From Hypanus sabinus (taxonomy: Eukaryota), in NCBI RefSeq assembly GCF_030144855.1, contig NC_082731.1, positions 20,460,001-20,524,000 on the forward strand: a stretch of DNA of 64,000 bases, read 5' to 3'. Below the pieces are notes generated by a model. The model had not been told where the DNA came from. It did not search any database and worked only from the letters and a program-made list of their open reading frames with translations. The stretch's first letter is position 1. Each line of letters opens with the position of its first letter. The translations under genes were made by a program, and so were the position numbers. Below, in pieces: positions 10,468 to 23,271 of the stretch.

Positions 10468-13400
10468 TCCCTCAGAGTTCAGAAATGCTCGAAAACATAA
10501 ACCGAGGAATACCTTTGCCAAAACTGCTGCTGATCGGAAAGACATGGGTTGATGTATTACCAGTCATCCTGATGAGCTTCTCAGCCGCTATGAGCTATTG
10601 ATAGGGTGAAAAGATCAGATTCCCTTATGGGATAATTACGGGTTGCGTTGAGCCTGGGCTGTACAGAGATAGACTGACACAGTACGTGAAAGAGCTTTGT
10701 ATGCGACTTATCGTATTGAAGGATTGAGCCAACAACAGCAGAACATTGATGATCAGAGAGATCCACTGCGAAAGGAGATAGTCCTTCCAAATCGCAGTGA
10801 CCGACTCATGGTGAGGGTGTTGCTTGAAAGTGTATGCTCCCAGATAGATCGGACCACAGAGAGTTCTTTTAAAAAAGTGGCACGTGTTTTTATGAAGGCT
10901 TTACGAGTCAGCCAGTGGAAACAATGGATTTAGTTTATACTGTAAGACTCACCTTCTCGTTGCCACCATAGACAATGCGGGGGGAGGAGTGCAGCTAGTA
11001 GCGGTGTAATTTCAGAGAATCCAACAGATGGACACCAGCCAGCCACACCAGAACTGACCACAATGGATGGAAACTGATCCATAGGAAACGCGAAGGTATA
11101 GGGCACCTAGCTGTGAATAACATGCTAAAGAGTGACATTAAAAGTACTCTGTTTTGACCTGATTACTTAAGGTATGTGATTCGTTTAATAGCAGGAAATA
11201 GAAAATACATTGCAGAAAATGGCTCGGTATGGATTTAATTTAAAGCAGACATATCCATTACGTCGATAGCATGGTAGAATCAGGAAAGCCGACGGAATCT
11301 GAAGGCAGTTACGCTCAGCCTGTTTGTGGAATAGAAGTGGGCTGGCCGCTTTCATCAGTTGCGTCCAGCGATCGTCTGGGTAGTTGAGTGCAACCAGGGA
11401 GAGGTCGTTGCGGTAATTGAAATGGAGACCACCCGAACTCCTTATTGTACATCGCTGAGAGGGCCTGTGTGCCTGACGAATTTACTTTGCCGCTGACACT
11501 GGAAAGAGAGAGTTGTAGCTACCAGAGAATGGAGGGATGAAGACAAGGAATTGACTAAGCTTCAATTGGTCAGTAAAGGAAGAACCAACAGGCAGACACA
11601 TGAAGCTGCATTTCTAAACACCGTTGTTCACATTGCGGGACAAACGCTCTGCTTAGCATTTTGAAGTTAGCATCTTGGTGTGATCGGGTAGATGAGCATG
11701 CGCCTGCAGGAATTATGGGAAAATCTGACGGAGAACATTTTGCTGCCCAATTTGAGTACTTCTTCCTTAAGATTGGCCTTTCGCGTTCGATACTTATTTT
11801 TGTCTGCTGTGTCAACAGGCTGGAATGTTCGGGAGAATTTTAGATCCAGCATATGTCGCAATTAAATTAACTGAATTCGGCCAATAACATTCAGAATTGA
11901 ATATGCATTTTAGATTATTTTAAAATGCAGCTCTGAACAAATGGGTCCGAAACGTCTGAGAACCCGGACCAGACAATGCTTATTAAAGTACATTCAGATG
12001 TCTGTGGTATGGTTGCGAATGGTGTGGTGTGAGATTTGTGTGTGTTTCCAAAGAAAGCATTGAGGGTGTATTGTAAATATAGAATTGTCCTTTGATGGTT
12101 AGGACATAATATATGAGGTAGTGTGGACAACGAGACCTTTGAACCGAAATGGCCTTAAATCAGTATTTTGTCTGCTGTATGTTCTGCATTCAAAAATCTG
12201 ACCCTGAGTATAATCAGCTTTTGGTTATGGGTGCATTTTTTACCCCACCCACTCCTATGAGATCCGACTACCTAATCCCTCGCATCTGCTTTCCGCGGAG
12301 ATTGCTCCTTCCGCGATTTCATTTAATTCAGCATCACCACTAATCTTCAACCAGGCACTTATTCTTGTAAGCAGCTTGGTAGGTACACCTGCATCACTAC
12401 CACTGAGAGCCGAAAACGTTTTTCCTATTTTCTGACTCAGTGGCATGTACTCCCTTTGTCGGCGGGAAGACATGCGGAGAGGAATGCGTCTGAATTGCAC
12501 TTTGCGAGTGGGCAGAGAGAGAGAGAGTAAAATCTATGGAAATCTGTGGGGAACTAATATGATGTGAAAATGGAGGGATAAAGAGGGCGATTGGTAATAA
12601 AGGAGTGAGAAAATGAATAAATGAGGCAGACGTAAGTACACTGAAATAGTGAGAGAAAGAAATGGTGATCGATAGAGCAGTAAGGAGAGCGAGAGGCAGG
12701 GTAAGCGATAGAAACTGTGACGTGGACTCTTAGTGGAAGAAGAATGTAAGAATGAGAATGCGATCCAGACACTATAGTGTAGTACTCATCACGAAGATGT
12801 TTGCAGTTCTGGGCATCGGAATTCGATGTTCTATTGCTGTGCATCTATATAATGTCTGTATGACATCACGTCAGCATTTGCGGAAATTCTGCGGGATCTC
12901 CAGTCTGCGCTCAGTGTCCAAAGATGGGCTAATACTTAGGTTAATAACTCAATGCAAATTGTGCTGTGATTAGGTTTGGGTCTTGGATCGCGACAGGTGA
13001 TGCTCGGTGCCCGACGGGACGATTCCGGGATCCACCGCCAATTAATAAATAAAACAAAAGTGGAAAGTGTGGGACAGAGAAAGCATGAGAGAGAGGAAGA
13101 CGGACTGAGCGAGAGAAATGGGAAGGGGAAGACAGAGCAAGAGGGAAGGAAGAATATATCTGTGGGGGCATGAGAAAACAATTGAGAAGGATGCAAAGAA
13201 AGAGGGAAAGTCAAAGTAGAAGGCGGAAACGAAATAGAGGAAAGCAACAATTGTGGAACTGAAGGGGCGATCGATGGAGAAAATAGTGACACGGTAGAAA
13301 ATGAAAAATAGAAGGTTAGATATGAATAGGATGTGAGGCAATCAGAGAGAGAGGGAGATAGACAGGTGATAAATAAGGCTAATTTTCTTTATTTTTAAAT

Positions 13401-14541
13401 ATTTTATTACATTTCATATACACAGATACAGAATTCATATTTATCATCAATCAAAATAAGCCAGCACAAAGTGCACTATATTATAAACACGCCAATATAA
13501 TCACGGAATCCCATATTAATTATCAATCAAATAAAATAAATTATGAAGTCCAATAATATGGTTAATTATATTATAAAGTAATCTACACCCACTACGAAAA
13601 CAAAGCTGGTTTGTTCAAAAAAAAGAGAAAAAAGATTACTTTACCATAGAGTAAAGTAATAGAGTAACAGTGATAGAGAATGTCTCCGTTAGAAAAAAAA
13701 TCAAAAAGGATTGGGGAGAGGATTTACCGACGTTATTCTCTGATGAGACCCAGAGGGCTATTTTCAAAATGGCTAATTTTTCTTCATTATGTGCTCGTCG
13801 TTCCCTCCTATAATTCAAAGCAGTACATTATCTCCTATGTGTAAATAAAAGCTCTCTCGTTTTTCTTTTGCAGATAAACACGACACAATATTCACCAGAC
13901 CAATTCCTAACAGAATTTACATGCAGTGGGTAACATGGAGAAAGACCGAGCTTTGAGAAGAGATACGAGGAACAAATGGTGGAGAGTCATCGGGCGATAT
14001 TGAGAACATGTCAGGAAGAATGAGAGATCGAAAGATAGAGAGCGGGAGAGTGAGAGTGTGAGAGAGAGAGAGAGGTTCAGTGGAACAGAAAGACCCAATG
14101 AGGGGGAAGAATATGGTAAGAATATGGAGCTAAGAAAAATAGAGGGCTATCGAGAAGCTTAGGCAGTTCTAAGATAAAGACATTTTCAGCATAGCTTTGT
14201 GGGCCGAAGGGCCTGTATTGAGCTCAAGGTTTTCTACGTTTCTATGCTGCTAGTGTGTGAGATTGCAAATAATTGAAAGCAGGAGAAACATTGCGAGGAA
14301 GTAATAGGAGATAGGAAGAGGTACAAAGGCAAACAGAAACGGCCAAAAGAACTGAAACAAAGATTTGATTGGCGTCGGGACCTATTAATTCGGAGCTCAC
14401 AGCCAATCAATGCACCGGCAGAGATGCGCACCCACACGTACGCAAGCTGAAATATGCTGCAGGTCTGATTTTACTCTTCATTATCGGAAAAGGATATTAA
14501 CTTATTGGACTGCAAATAAGCTGTCTTTCGATCCGGACACC

Positions 14542-14972
14542 ATGAATTTCCGGTGTTCTCTGCTGATTATATTGGCTCTGATGACCGGTTAGTCTTCGTG
14601 GTAACTGCCTGTCTCTGTTCCTTATTCCAGAGAAAGCTCGATCTGTTCATGCATTCTGTCATTTTCTTGCAGGAGCAATTGGGAAAGATTCAGTGACGCA
14701 GTGGCCGACTAAAATAACGATTGTGGAAGCACAAAAGGTATCACTGCACTGTAATTACACTGGCGATCCTCAAAATATTATTTGGTACGTTCAACGTCGA
14801 GCGGAATCTCCAAAATATGTGTTGACGTCATATAGCACTGGAATGATGGACCGGCATGCAGAATGTCCGGAGAGGTTAACCGGTGTTTGGCAGAGAGGCA
14901 GCAAGGCGGCACATTTGACGATCGCTGGTGCTTCTGTGTCGGACCCGCCGTGTATTTTTGTGCCATGAAGCC
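14542..14972 (+). pseudogene. TRAV: TCR V pseudogene V2 (leader 14542-14587, exon 14673-14972), FR3 frameshift
   Basis: 1-nt deletion (ggacccgcc vs ggactccgcc, ~14944) shifts out the second Cys and gives DPPCIFVP*. Confidence 0.92.
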
Positions 14973-15011
14973 CACAGTGTTGTGAGGTGATGAGAGCACC
15001 TGACAAAATCC
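14973..15011 (+). promoter_or_regulatory. RSS V2 (CACAGTG-23-ACAAAATCC)
   Basis: Intact heptamer, spacer and nonamer. Confidence 0.93.
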
Positions 15012-16068
15012 GAAGTCCGTGGCAGGAGCGCAGAAAATAAATCTATCCACGATCACGTGTTATATTTAAGTACGTGTAAATTATTCGCAAAAGATGTGTA
15101 GATTTGAGAAACTCTCCGTCGATGCAATGTGTACCAATTTGCACAATTTGAAACTTTATAAATCATTTCCCAAACAAATGCGATATGTCAGCTGACACAG
15201 TGGCAATATTATCGGTAACTAATCTGTATTTGCCGACAACCAACAGGATATTTATGTTACGGGTACAGGAGGAATATCGGTTATCTTCGAAAGTAGAGAT
15301 TTTAATATACTCCAAATAGGCGAGGCGCAACTTTCAATGTAATTCTAGATCTGTCCAAATAATGAGGGCACTATTCTCGGATAAGAAACTGAAATGGAAG
15401 TAAGTGGCATCGTAGATCCAGGAAAGGATAAAATGTTCCATGCCGAACGCTTACTCTCACCTAGTCCCACCTATCCGCACTCAGCCCATAACGCTCCATT
15501 CCTTTCCTGTCCACATACCTATCCATTTTGTTTAAAATGATAAAATCGAACCTGCCTCTGCCACATCTACTGGAAGCTCATTCCACGCAGATACCCCTCT
15601 ATGAGTAAAGAAGTTCCCCTCGTGTTACCCCTAAACTTTTGCATCTTAACTCTCAACTCATGTCCTCTTGTTTGAATCTCCCCTACTCTCAATGGAAAAC
15701 GCCTATCAATGAAAACTCTATCTATCCCCCTCATAATTTTAAATACCTCTATGAAGTCCACCCCTCAACCTTCTACACTCCAAAGAATAAAGACCTAACT
15801 TGTTCAACATTTCCCTGTAACCTAGGTGTTGAAACTCAGGTAACATTCTAGTAAATATCTGTACTCCCTCCATTTTATTGACATCTATCCGATAATTTGG
15901 TGACCAGAACTGAACATAATACTCCAAATTTGGCCTCACTAATGACTTGTACAATTTCAACATTACATCCCAACTCCTATACTCAATGCTTTGATTTATA
16001 AAGGCCAGCATACCAAAAGCTTTCTTCACCGCCTTACCCACATGAGATTCCACCTTCAGGGAACTATG

Positions 16069-18105
16069 TGTTACGCCCCTGAAAAACGGGGAGAAATAAT
16101 CACGTCAGCTATGTGAGGTGGTTGCCTTATTGAGAATTTACACAAGTGAAGAAAGTACCGCAATATCCCCTGGGTAAGACCTTCTGTGAGTTGGTACTCA
16201 AGGGTCAAGGGTCACAGTTCGATGAATGTCAACAGTCCATAATCACAGGACCCAGTCCATGTCTGGTGACGGGCCGCTGAGACGGTCTCTTCGCAGTCTT
16301 TCAACAGTCCATAGTCTCTCATGGCAATGTTCCGCATAAACAGTCTATGCATTGCCCATGACGTTAGTCAAATATCAGTTCTGTAGGCTCACACTGGCTG
16401 GCGTCCATACATGGTGGTGGGGGGGGGGGTATTGGAAGTAGTATGACTGTACAGGTGGTAGCCATTGGACCATTCCTGATGCATGGAAGAGAGGCAACAT
16501 CTGAGGTGCCGGCTAGACACTGTAGCAGGAAGGGATGCCAAGCTGATTGTAGATCATACGTCTCGGCGCGTGTCTCTGACTTTGTGGCAGCTGATAGGGC
16601 GGTTCCTCATGTTCAGTCGCAGCATTTGGTGAAGAAGAGGGGTGTGAGGAACGATCATCAGGCAGATTTCCAGCAGGGAAGTCTGTTTCCGCATCAGGCA
16701 GGTTTTCAGCAGGTGCATTAAACTCCTCCAGCCGATCTCCTTCAGGAGGCTACGCGGGTGATGCGACAGGAGCTTGCGTTTCAATTCTCCCTTCTGCTGG
16801 TGGGTGCCTGTTTTCAGGCTCCATCTCTGGTTCACCCAATGTCTCATTCCCTTCTGCTGGCATCCTGGGGGGCCGGAGCGGCTCATAATGAAGCTCAGAC
16901 TCATCCTCACTGTCCTCATCTGATTCCTGAGTTTGATGTGCAGGCTGGTGTCTCTTTTTCTGTCTCCTCTGGTCATTTGTAGCGATCTCTGGTTGTGTCT
17001 CAAAAGGTAAGTGATGACGGGGCATTAGCACGTTTCTGTATAGGACTCTGGAGTGTCCCTTACCCCTTTCTGGACTCAGTTCATAAATAGGCAGGCCTGA
17101 CCCCATTTGTCTCAATACTGTGTGGACTGTGTCCTCCCAATAGTTTCGGAGTTTACCTGGTCCCCCTCTGGGTGTCAAGTTTTTAATCAGGCCACGCTCA
17201 CCGGGTTGTAGAACTGAACTCCTTGCTTTTGTGTCATAGTACATTTTACTCCTTTCGGCAGCCCTTTGAGCATTTTGGTTTACAATGGCGTATGCTTCCT
17301 CCATACCTTGTTTCCATTTTTCCTCATAATTTCGCTGATCACTGGAACCTGGCTCTGTGTGCAGTCCAAAGAGCATACCAACTGGCAGCCTGGGTGATCT
17401 CCCGTACAGGAGGTAAAACGGTGAGTAGCCTGTCACTTCGCAGCGTGTGCACTTATAGGCATACACCAGTTTGTTCAGGGACTCATTCCAGTTTGATTTC
17501 TGTGTCTCCGTCAGTGTCCTTAGCATTTGCAACAATGTCCTATTCATGCGTTCCACTTGACCGTTCCCCATCGGGTGATAGGGCGTTGTTCTGGACCCAG
17601 CCACTCCGCTGAATTACTTTAACAGACTGAAGAACTGATTCTCGAACTCTCCTCATTGGTCGTGGTGGATGCGAGAGGGGAAGCCAAACTTCCGGGCGTA
17701 GTCAGTGAAGATGAGATTTGCAGTTTTTCCGGACTTTGATGTGGTTGCGTACGCCTGAACAAAACGTGTGCAGTGATCAACAACAACAAGGATGTACTCA
17801 TATCCACCTTTGCATCGGTCTAGATGGAGGAAGTCAAGACACACCAATTCAAATGGCTGTGTCGCCACAATATTTGTCAAGGGGGCTCTTGTATCGCAGC
17901 AGGGCTTTTTTGTTTTAGACAAGTGCAGGCTTTGGTCACATAGTGCTCTATTTCTGATTGCATTTATGGCCAGAAGAAGCGATAATACACTAAAGATACT
18001 GTGCAATCAGCGCCTTGGTGTCCTACATGATTGTGCAGTTCTTCCAACACCTTCCCTTTGTAGCTTTCTGGCAAGACTAATTGCTTGCGGGCAATTATAT
18101 ATGTA

Positions 18106-18166
<61 letters not shown>

Positions 18167-20140
18167 GTGTGTGTGGGTGCGTTTGGCTGGTTCGGTGTCT
18201 TTGAGCGAAATAGTCATATGCAAGTTTTCAATGCAGCCAAGATCCTTATCCGACCTTGAGAAGGAATGACACTCTTCTCTAAGCATCTGTTTCACTATTT
18301 GACTCCGCTTCTCACTGAGGTGGCTTATATCTACAGGTGGGTCCCACTGTTTACTGGCACTACCTGTGGGTTTCATGCTGGTGTGACTCATTGTGGCTGG
18401 TGTTGCAACTTTCTCAAAATCGGGGCGGGCAGTACCGTCATAATAGTATGTACTTTGACAATTAAAGTGCGCACTGGCAGAACAATGTCATGGCCAGTTG
18501 GATTAGACACATCAATTGTGATGACTGGCAGTACATGCTTCCTGACTCTGACTAGGGTGTCATAAAACTCAAGACCATCTGGGCACTGTGGGTTCAGGTC
18601 TGGCTGAAATAACACGGTCATGTCCTCTTTAAAAGGCTGTGCAGCTACACGTCAGTTAACTTGGATACTACTGTGTTTTCAAACTGCAAACTCCTGTTCC
18701 TTCATTTTCACCGCATACTCATCTTCTTGCTCTGCACTAAGAGCCTGGATGAAAGCTCTCACCCTTTTTTTCCTTTGAGTCCTGGGCAAGCTTTTCTCAC
18801 CGTGCTATATTGTTAAGTCTTTTTGGTTTTAGTCAGAATGTGCTTAATAACAGAAAAGCCAATGATGGGATGAGACAGGTGCCAGACTTTCATTACAAGC
18901 ACTGGAATGATCAGTGCTTCTGCTTGGTCAATTTTAGAGGCTAGCCGGAAAGTCGTTTCAGTCAACCCAAATAAGGCATTTCAGTTCCGTTTGCGGCAGT
19001 CAATGTCAAATCGTCATATGAGTCAAGGATCTCCGAGACATCTCTCAGCTTTGTGGTTGGCAAGTCTTCCTGTTTCCACCTTTCATCGATTATCGACACC
19101 TGACAGCCTGGGTCACATCAAGCTTGCAGTTAGTGGCCATCCAGGTAGCACTCGACAGTACACTGCCTACCAACTAGCTCGGTGACTTTGTGGGGGAGGC
19201 CAACCCGAGCTCAGGGGGGCGATGTGTTAACAGCTTTCTCTTCACAGGACGACCCTTGTTTCCGGTTGTCAGGTGAATCTATACGGCCACAATTTGCACG
19301 TTTCTGGGACTCTTTGCGAGTCACGGTTAACACCCGTCCCGTGGTGGTAACCATTTCCTGTTTCGACGGTCTGATTCCTCTAATTTTGCAGCCGGCTTGA
19401 AAATGTTCTCCACTTCCACATCGGTGGCAGTTTAGGCAGCGTCCATTTGTTCCTATCTGCTGGCAGACAAAATATTTCCGTGGAGCATGGACAGAGCGGT
19501 TAGTGTACTGATTAGGTCCATACTGAGGCTGCATTGGAGCAGGTGTTTGCGGCTGACTGTAGCTGTTGTAATACTGTTGCAGTAAAGCAGGTGACTGAGG
19601 GTCTCTATCTAGCCTGACTGCAGATGGGGCATAGGGCTGTTGATGAGACCTCATCTGTGTAGAGTCTCTTTAATCTGAGCTATCTCGGCACTGAGACCTT
19701 TTAAAGAAGCTACACCTGTCTTAAGCTCTTGTATCTCTGTTAACAGTTCAGGGGAAACCAGTGTCTTGTCTTCCTGCACCCGACACGTAGTAGATGCCCT
19801 ATCCTCTGACTGCACTACGCTTACATTTGTTGCTGAATGTGGGGTGTTAGACTTCTGTTTGTTTCTTCTTTCGGCCTCCTTAGCACAGGCGATGTTTAAT
19901 CTCTCTAACAAAAGTTCATTTGAGGTTTCAGTATCAAGGAGGAGAGGCTGCATGTCTATCCTGATACTGCCATTCTGGAGACCAGTACGTAATGTGTGTA
20001 AGCACATGCGCTGGACTAAAGCTGGATCATACCTAAGCCCTGATTCTGACTCTTGGGAAGCAAACAGTACTTTCTGCCTCACATCGAGAACCCGCATGAG
20101 AAAACTCTGAGGGGTTTCTTTGCTGTTCTGTACATCAGAA
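16069..20140 (-). mobile_element. Gypsy/Ty3 LTR retrotransposon, 5'-truncated, RT/RNase H mostly deleted
   Basis: gag-like 19651..20097; CHRCGSGEHFQAGC knuckle (19211..19654); RT start DLGCIENLHMTISL (18095..18391); integrase LDFLHLD..YILVVVDHCTRF, SRIHHDQ (17653..18006) and TTPYHPMGNGQVERMNRTL (16750..17604); minus-strand terminus ...ggggcgtaaCA at 16069. Confidence 0.88.
18103..18174. repeat. (TG)n/(CG)n microsatellite
   Basis: Direct reading. Confidence 0.95.
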
Positions 20141-21179
20141 GCTAGATGCTTGTAAAGCTCTCATTATCCATTACGCCACCTATCTCAGTATCATCTGCAT
20201 ACTTACTAATCCAATTTACCATTCCATCATCCAGACCATTAATGTGTATGACTAACAACATTGGACCCAGTACAGATCCCTGAGGCACAACACTAGTCAC
20301 TGGCCTGCAACTTGACAAACAGTTATCCACTACTACTCTCTGGCATCTCCCATCCAGCCACTGTTGAATCCATTGCACGACTGCAATATTAATACCTAAC
20401 GATTTAACCTTCCTAACTAACCCTCCGTGTGGAACCTTGTCAAAGGCCTTACTGAAATCCGTATAAATAAAATCCATTGCTTTACCCTCGTCAACTTTCC
20501 TAGTAACCGCTTCAAAAAATTCAATAAGTTATATCAAACATGACCTTCCACGCACAAATCCAAGTTGACTGCTCCGAATCAGACCCTGTCTATACAGATG
20601 ATCGTATATTTCATCTCTCAGAATACTTTCCATTAATTTACCCACCACTGACATCAAACTTATAGGCAAACAATGGAACCACATCGACAATACGCTAATC
20701 CTTCGGCACCATCCCCGTTTCGAATGAAATATTTCTGAGAGAGTCCCTGCTATTTCTACACTAAATTCCTTCAAGGTCCTAGTGAATATCCTGTCAGGAT
20801 CCGGAGATGTATCCACTTTTATATTCTTTAAAAGCTCTAGTACACCCTCTTCTTTAATCATTATAGTTTCCATAACTACCCAACTTGCTTCCATTAACTT
20901 ACAGAATTCAACAGAGTTCTCTTTAGTGAATTCCGAAGAAAAGAAATTGTTCAGAATCTCCCCGATCTCTTTTGGCTCCACACATAGCTGTCCACTCTGC
21001 TTCTCTAAGGGACCAATTTTATCCCTTACTATCCTTTTGCTATTAACATAACTGTAGAAACCCTTTGGATTTATTTTCACCTTCCCTGTCAAAGCAACCT
21101 CATATATTCATTTAGGTTTTTTAATTTTTTTTCTGAAGATGCTTTTTACATTCTTTACATTCCTCGGGCACCTCATTTA

Positions 21180-22760
21180 CAAAGTAGACAGCGTAATTGC
21201 ACTGACAGCTGTTCACAAGTCAGTAACGGCAGTTTGGGACAGTGGAATTAATCACGAGAGTACCCTCCTCACGGACTGGGAGGTACACGAATGTCAAATT
21301 GGATTAGAGCAGGAGAAAGATATGGGTGAAAAGGAAACTCCTCAGGATAGAAAACAGGGAATAGGTTTGCGGAGGACCTAAACTAGAACACACGGATTGG
21401 GTGCACCTTGATGAAGGACGCATGTGGATAATGAGCTTCAGCAGCACTGACAGATGATTTCTAAGCTCAGGTGGCGGAACTGTTGGTTCTGATAGAAACA
21501 ATGCGTTACAGTGAAGGCCAACAAGCAAATATGCATTCAGACAGCCCGTATACCTTAGGGACGGTTATTGGATGGCCTGCGGACGATGAGGGCTTGTATC
21601 CACAACAGGCGCAAGTATTCATCACGGGCACCCAGTACAGCAACTGCTGGAAGCACTGCCTGCCAGCTCAAGTGACAGTAATGAAAGCGGAATCTCAGCA
21701 GTAGGAGAAGAGTAAGGAGCAGAAAGTAATAATAAGAAATTGCTAATGTTCAGGAAGAAACGTCGGAGCCAGTTGATTAAAAACAGGCAGCTCCGAGGGG
21801 ACCCTTGGATAGCATTCAAAAAGCCGCTGGAAAAGCTTATGTCTCGTCATTAAGAGCAAAATAAAATCTGCAGATGCTGGAATTCCAAGAAATACACACA
21901 ACGTGCTGGAGGAATTCGCCTGGTCAGGCAGCATCTCCGTAGTGATGAACTGTAATTAAGCTGCCTGGTCACTTGTGTTCCTCCAGCATTTTGTGTGTAT
22001 TGCCTTGTAATTATTGATCTCTTGCGGCGGGTAGAAGCGTTGCATGGGAGTGTTGTGGGTGGGCGGCTTTCCGTTTCTAATATCTGTCATTCATTCTTTG
22101 GGGCACTGCTGTTTTTCTGGATGTTTCCGACGAATTATTATTTAATGATGTATATTCTATACATTTCTCTGACAATAAACGTACTTATTTAACCAATAGA
22201 ACCTATTGAACTCTCAGAGTTCAGGAACGGCAGAAAACATAAACTAAAGAAAGTCTTTGCCAAAACTACAGCTGATGGGGAACGACATGGGTTGATGTAT
22301 TACCATTCATACTGATGAGATTCCGAGCAACATAGTTGGTTTTCAGCCGCTATGAGCTGGTGATCTGGTGAAAAATCAAGTTTCCTAATGGGATAATTGC
22401 TGTTTGCGGTGAGACACGGGTGTACAAGGATAGACTAACACAGTACGTGAAAGACCTTTGTAGGCCACCTAAAGTATTGAAGATTCGAGGCAATCAACAG
22501 CAGCACATTGATGATCAGGATGATCCAGTGGGAAAGTAGGTAGTCCTCCCAAGTCCGAGTAACCAAGTCATGCTGACAGTGTTGCGTGAAAATGTATGCC
22601 ATCAGATGAATCGGAACACAGAAGGTACTTTCAGAAAGTGAGACGTGTTTGTGTGGAGTCTTCACGAGGCAGCCAGTGGATTCTGGTTATAATGTAAGGC
22701 TCACCTTCTTGTTGTCCCCACAGTCAAAGCGGGGGAAGGTGTGCAACTAGCAACCATGTA
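21180..22760 (+). mobile_element. ERV pol relic (unit V2, resumed after CR1/Gypsy; protease remnant at 15185-15435)
   Basis: ORF 21471..21704 AELLVLIETMRYSEGQQANMHSDSPYTLG..LPAQVTVMK is RNase H-like; YCLVIID at 21998. Confidence 0.8.
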
Positions 22761-22800
22761 ATCAGAGAGATTCCAAGAGATGGACAGCTGCCAGTCACAC

Positions 22801-23235
22801 CATGTTCTTCCTCATTATTCGTTCTTTCCGTTCCACAGAACATCTCTCTCTCTCACANNNNNNNNNNNNNNNNNNNNNNNNNNNNNNNNNNNNNNNNNNN
22901 NNNNNNNNNNNNNNNNNNNNNNNNNNNNNNNNNNNNNNNNNNNNNNNNNNNNNNNNNNNNNNNNNNNNNNNNNNNNNNNNNNNNNNNNNNNNNNNNNNNN
23001 NNNNNNNNNNNNNNNNNNNNNNNNNNNNNNNNNNNNNNNNNNNNNNNNNNNNNNNNNNNNNNNNNNNNNNNNNNNNNNNNNNNNNNNNNNNNNNNNNNTA
23101 TCCCTCGCTGATTCTCCAGCATTTATTCCCCTTATCTCTTCTCAATGCTTGGACTTTCTCCATATTCCACACTGCAGGCAGGCAAATTCAGTTGATGAAT
23201 TGGTGTGGTGAATATTCAGTCTTATTTATCTTCTT

Positions 23236-23271
<36 letters not shown>

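Larger units (their letters stand above)
8570..10960 (+). mobile_element. Degenerate ERV pro-pol relic (unit V1)
   Basis: YFVDGS RNase H at 9060; YCLLIMDHFSRRVEVFPT integrase ~9706; GKTWVDVLPVILMS and FSRYELLIG ~10537-10600; IN C-terminal domain ~10800-10930. Confidence 0.8.
5716..11687 (+). repeat. Representative ~6-kb tandem duplication cassette (upstream region + V gene + ERV relic)
   Basis: Anchor (g)tagatgtacatgcgcctacaggaa recurs at ~5716, 11688, 24901, 30620, 43689, 54137, 56035, 63678; spacing 5972 and 5719 bp in uninterrupted units, ~6090 after removing the Tc1 in the last unit. Confidence 0.9.
15437..21179 (-). mobile_element. 5'-truncated CR1 (15437-16068 + 20141-21179) interrupted by a Gypsy element
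   Basis: RT ORFs 15739..16053, 20142..20477 (DFSKAFDK, PQGSVLGP, YADD), 20529..21092. Confidence 0.88.

Noticed and set aside
16069-16550. Defined 3' LTR and TSD for the Gypsy element
   Set aside because: Only the terminal ..ggggcgtaaCA is visible; no clear PPT or inner boundary, and the other end is deleted, so no TSD can be checked.
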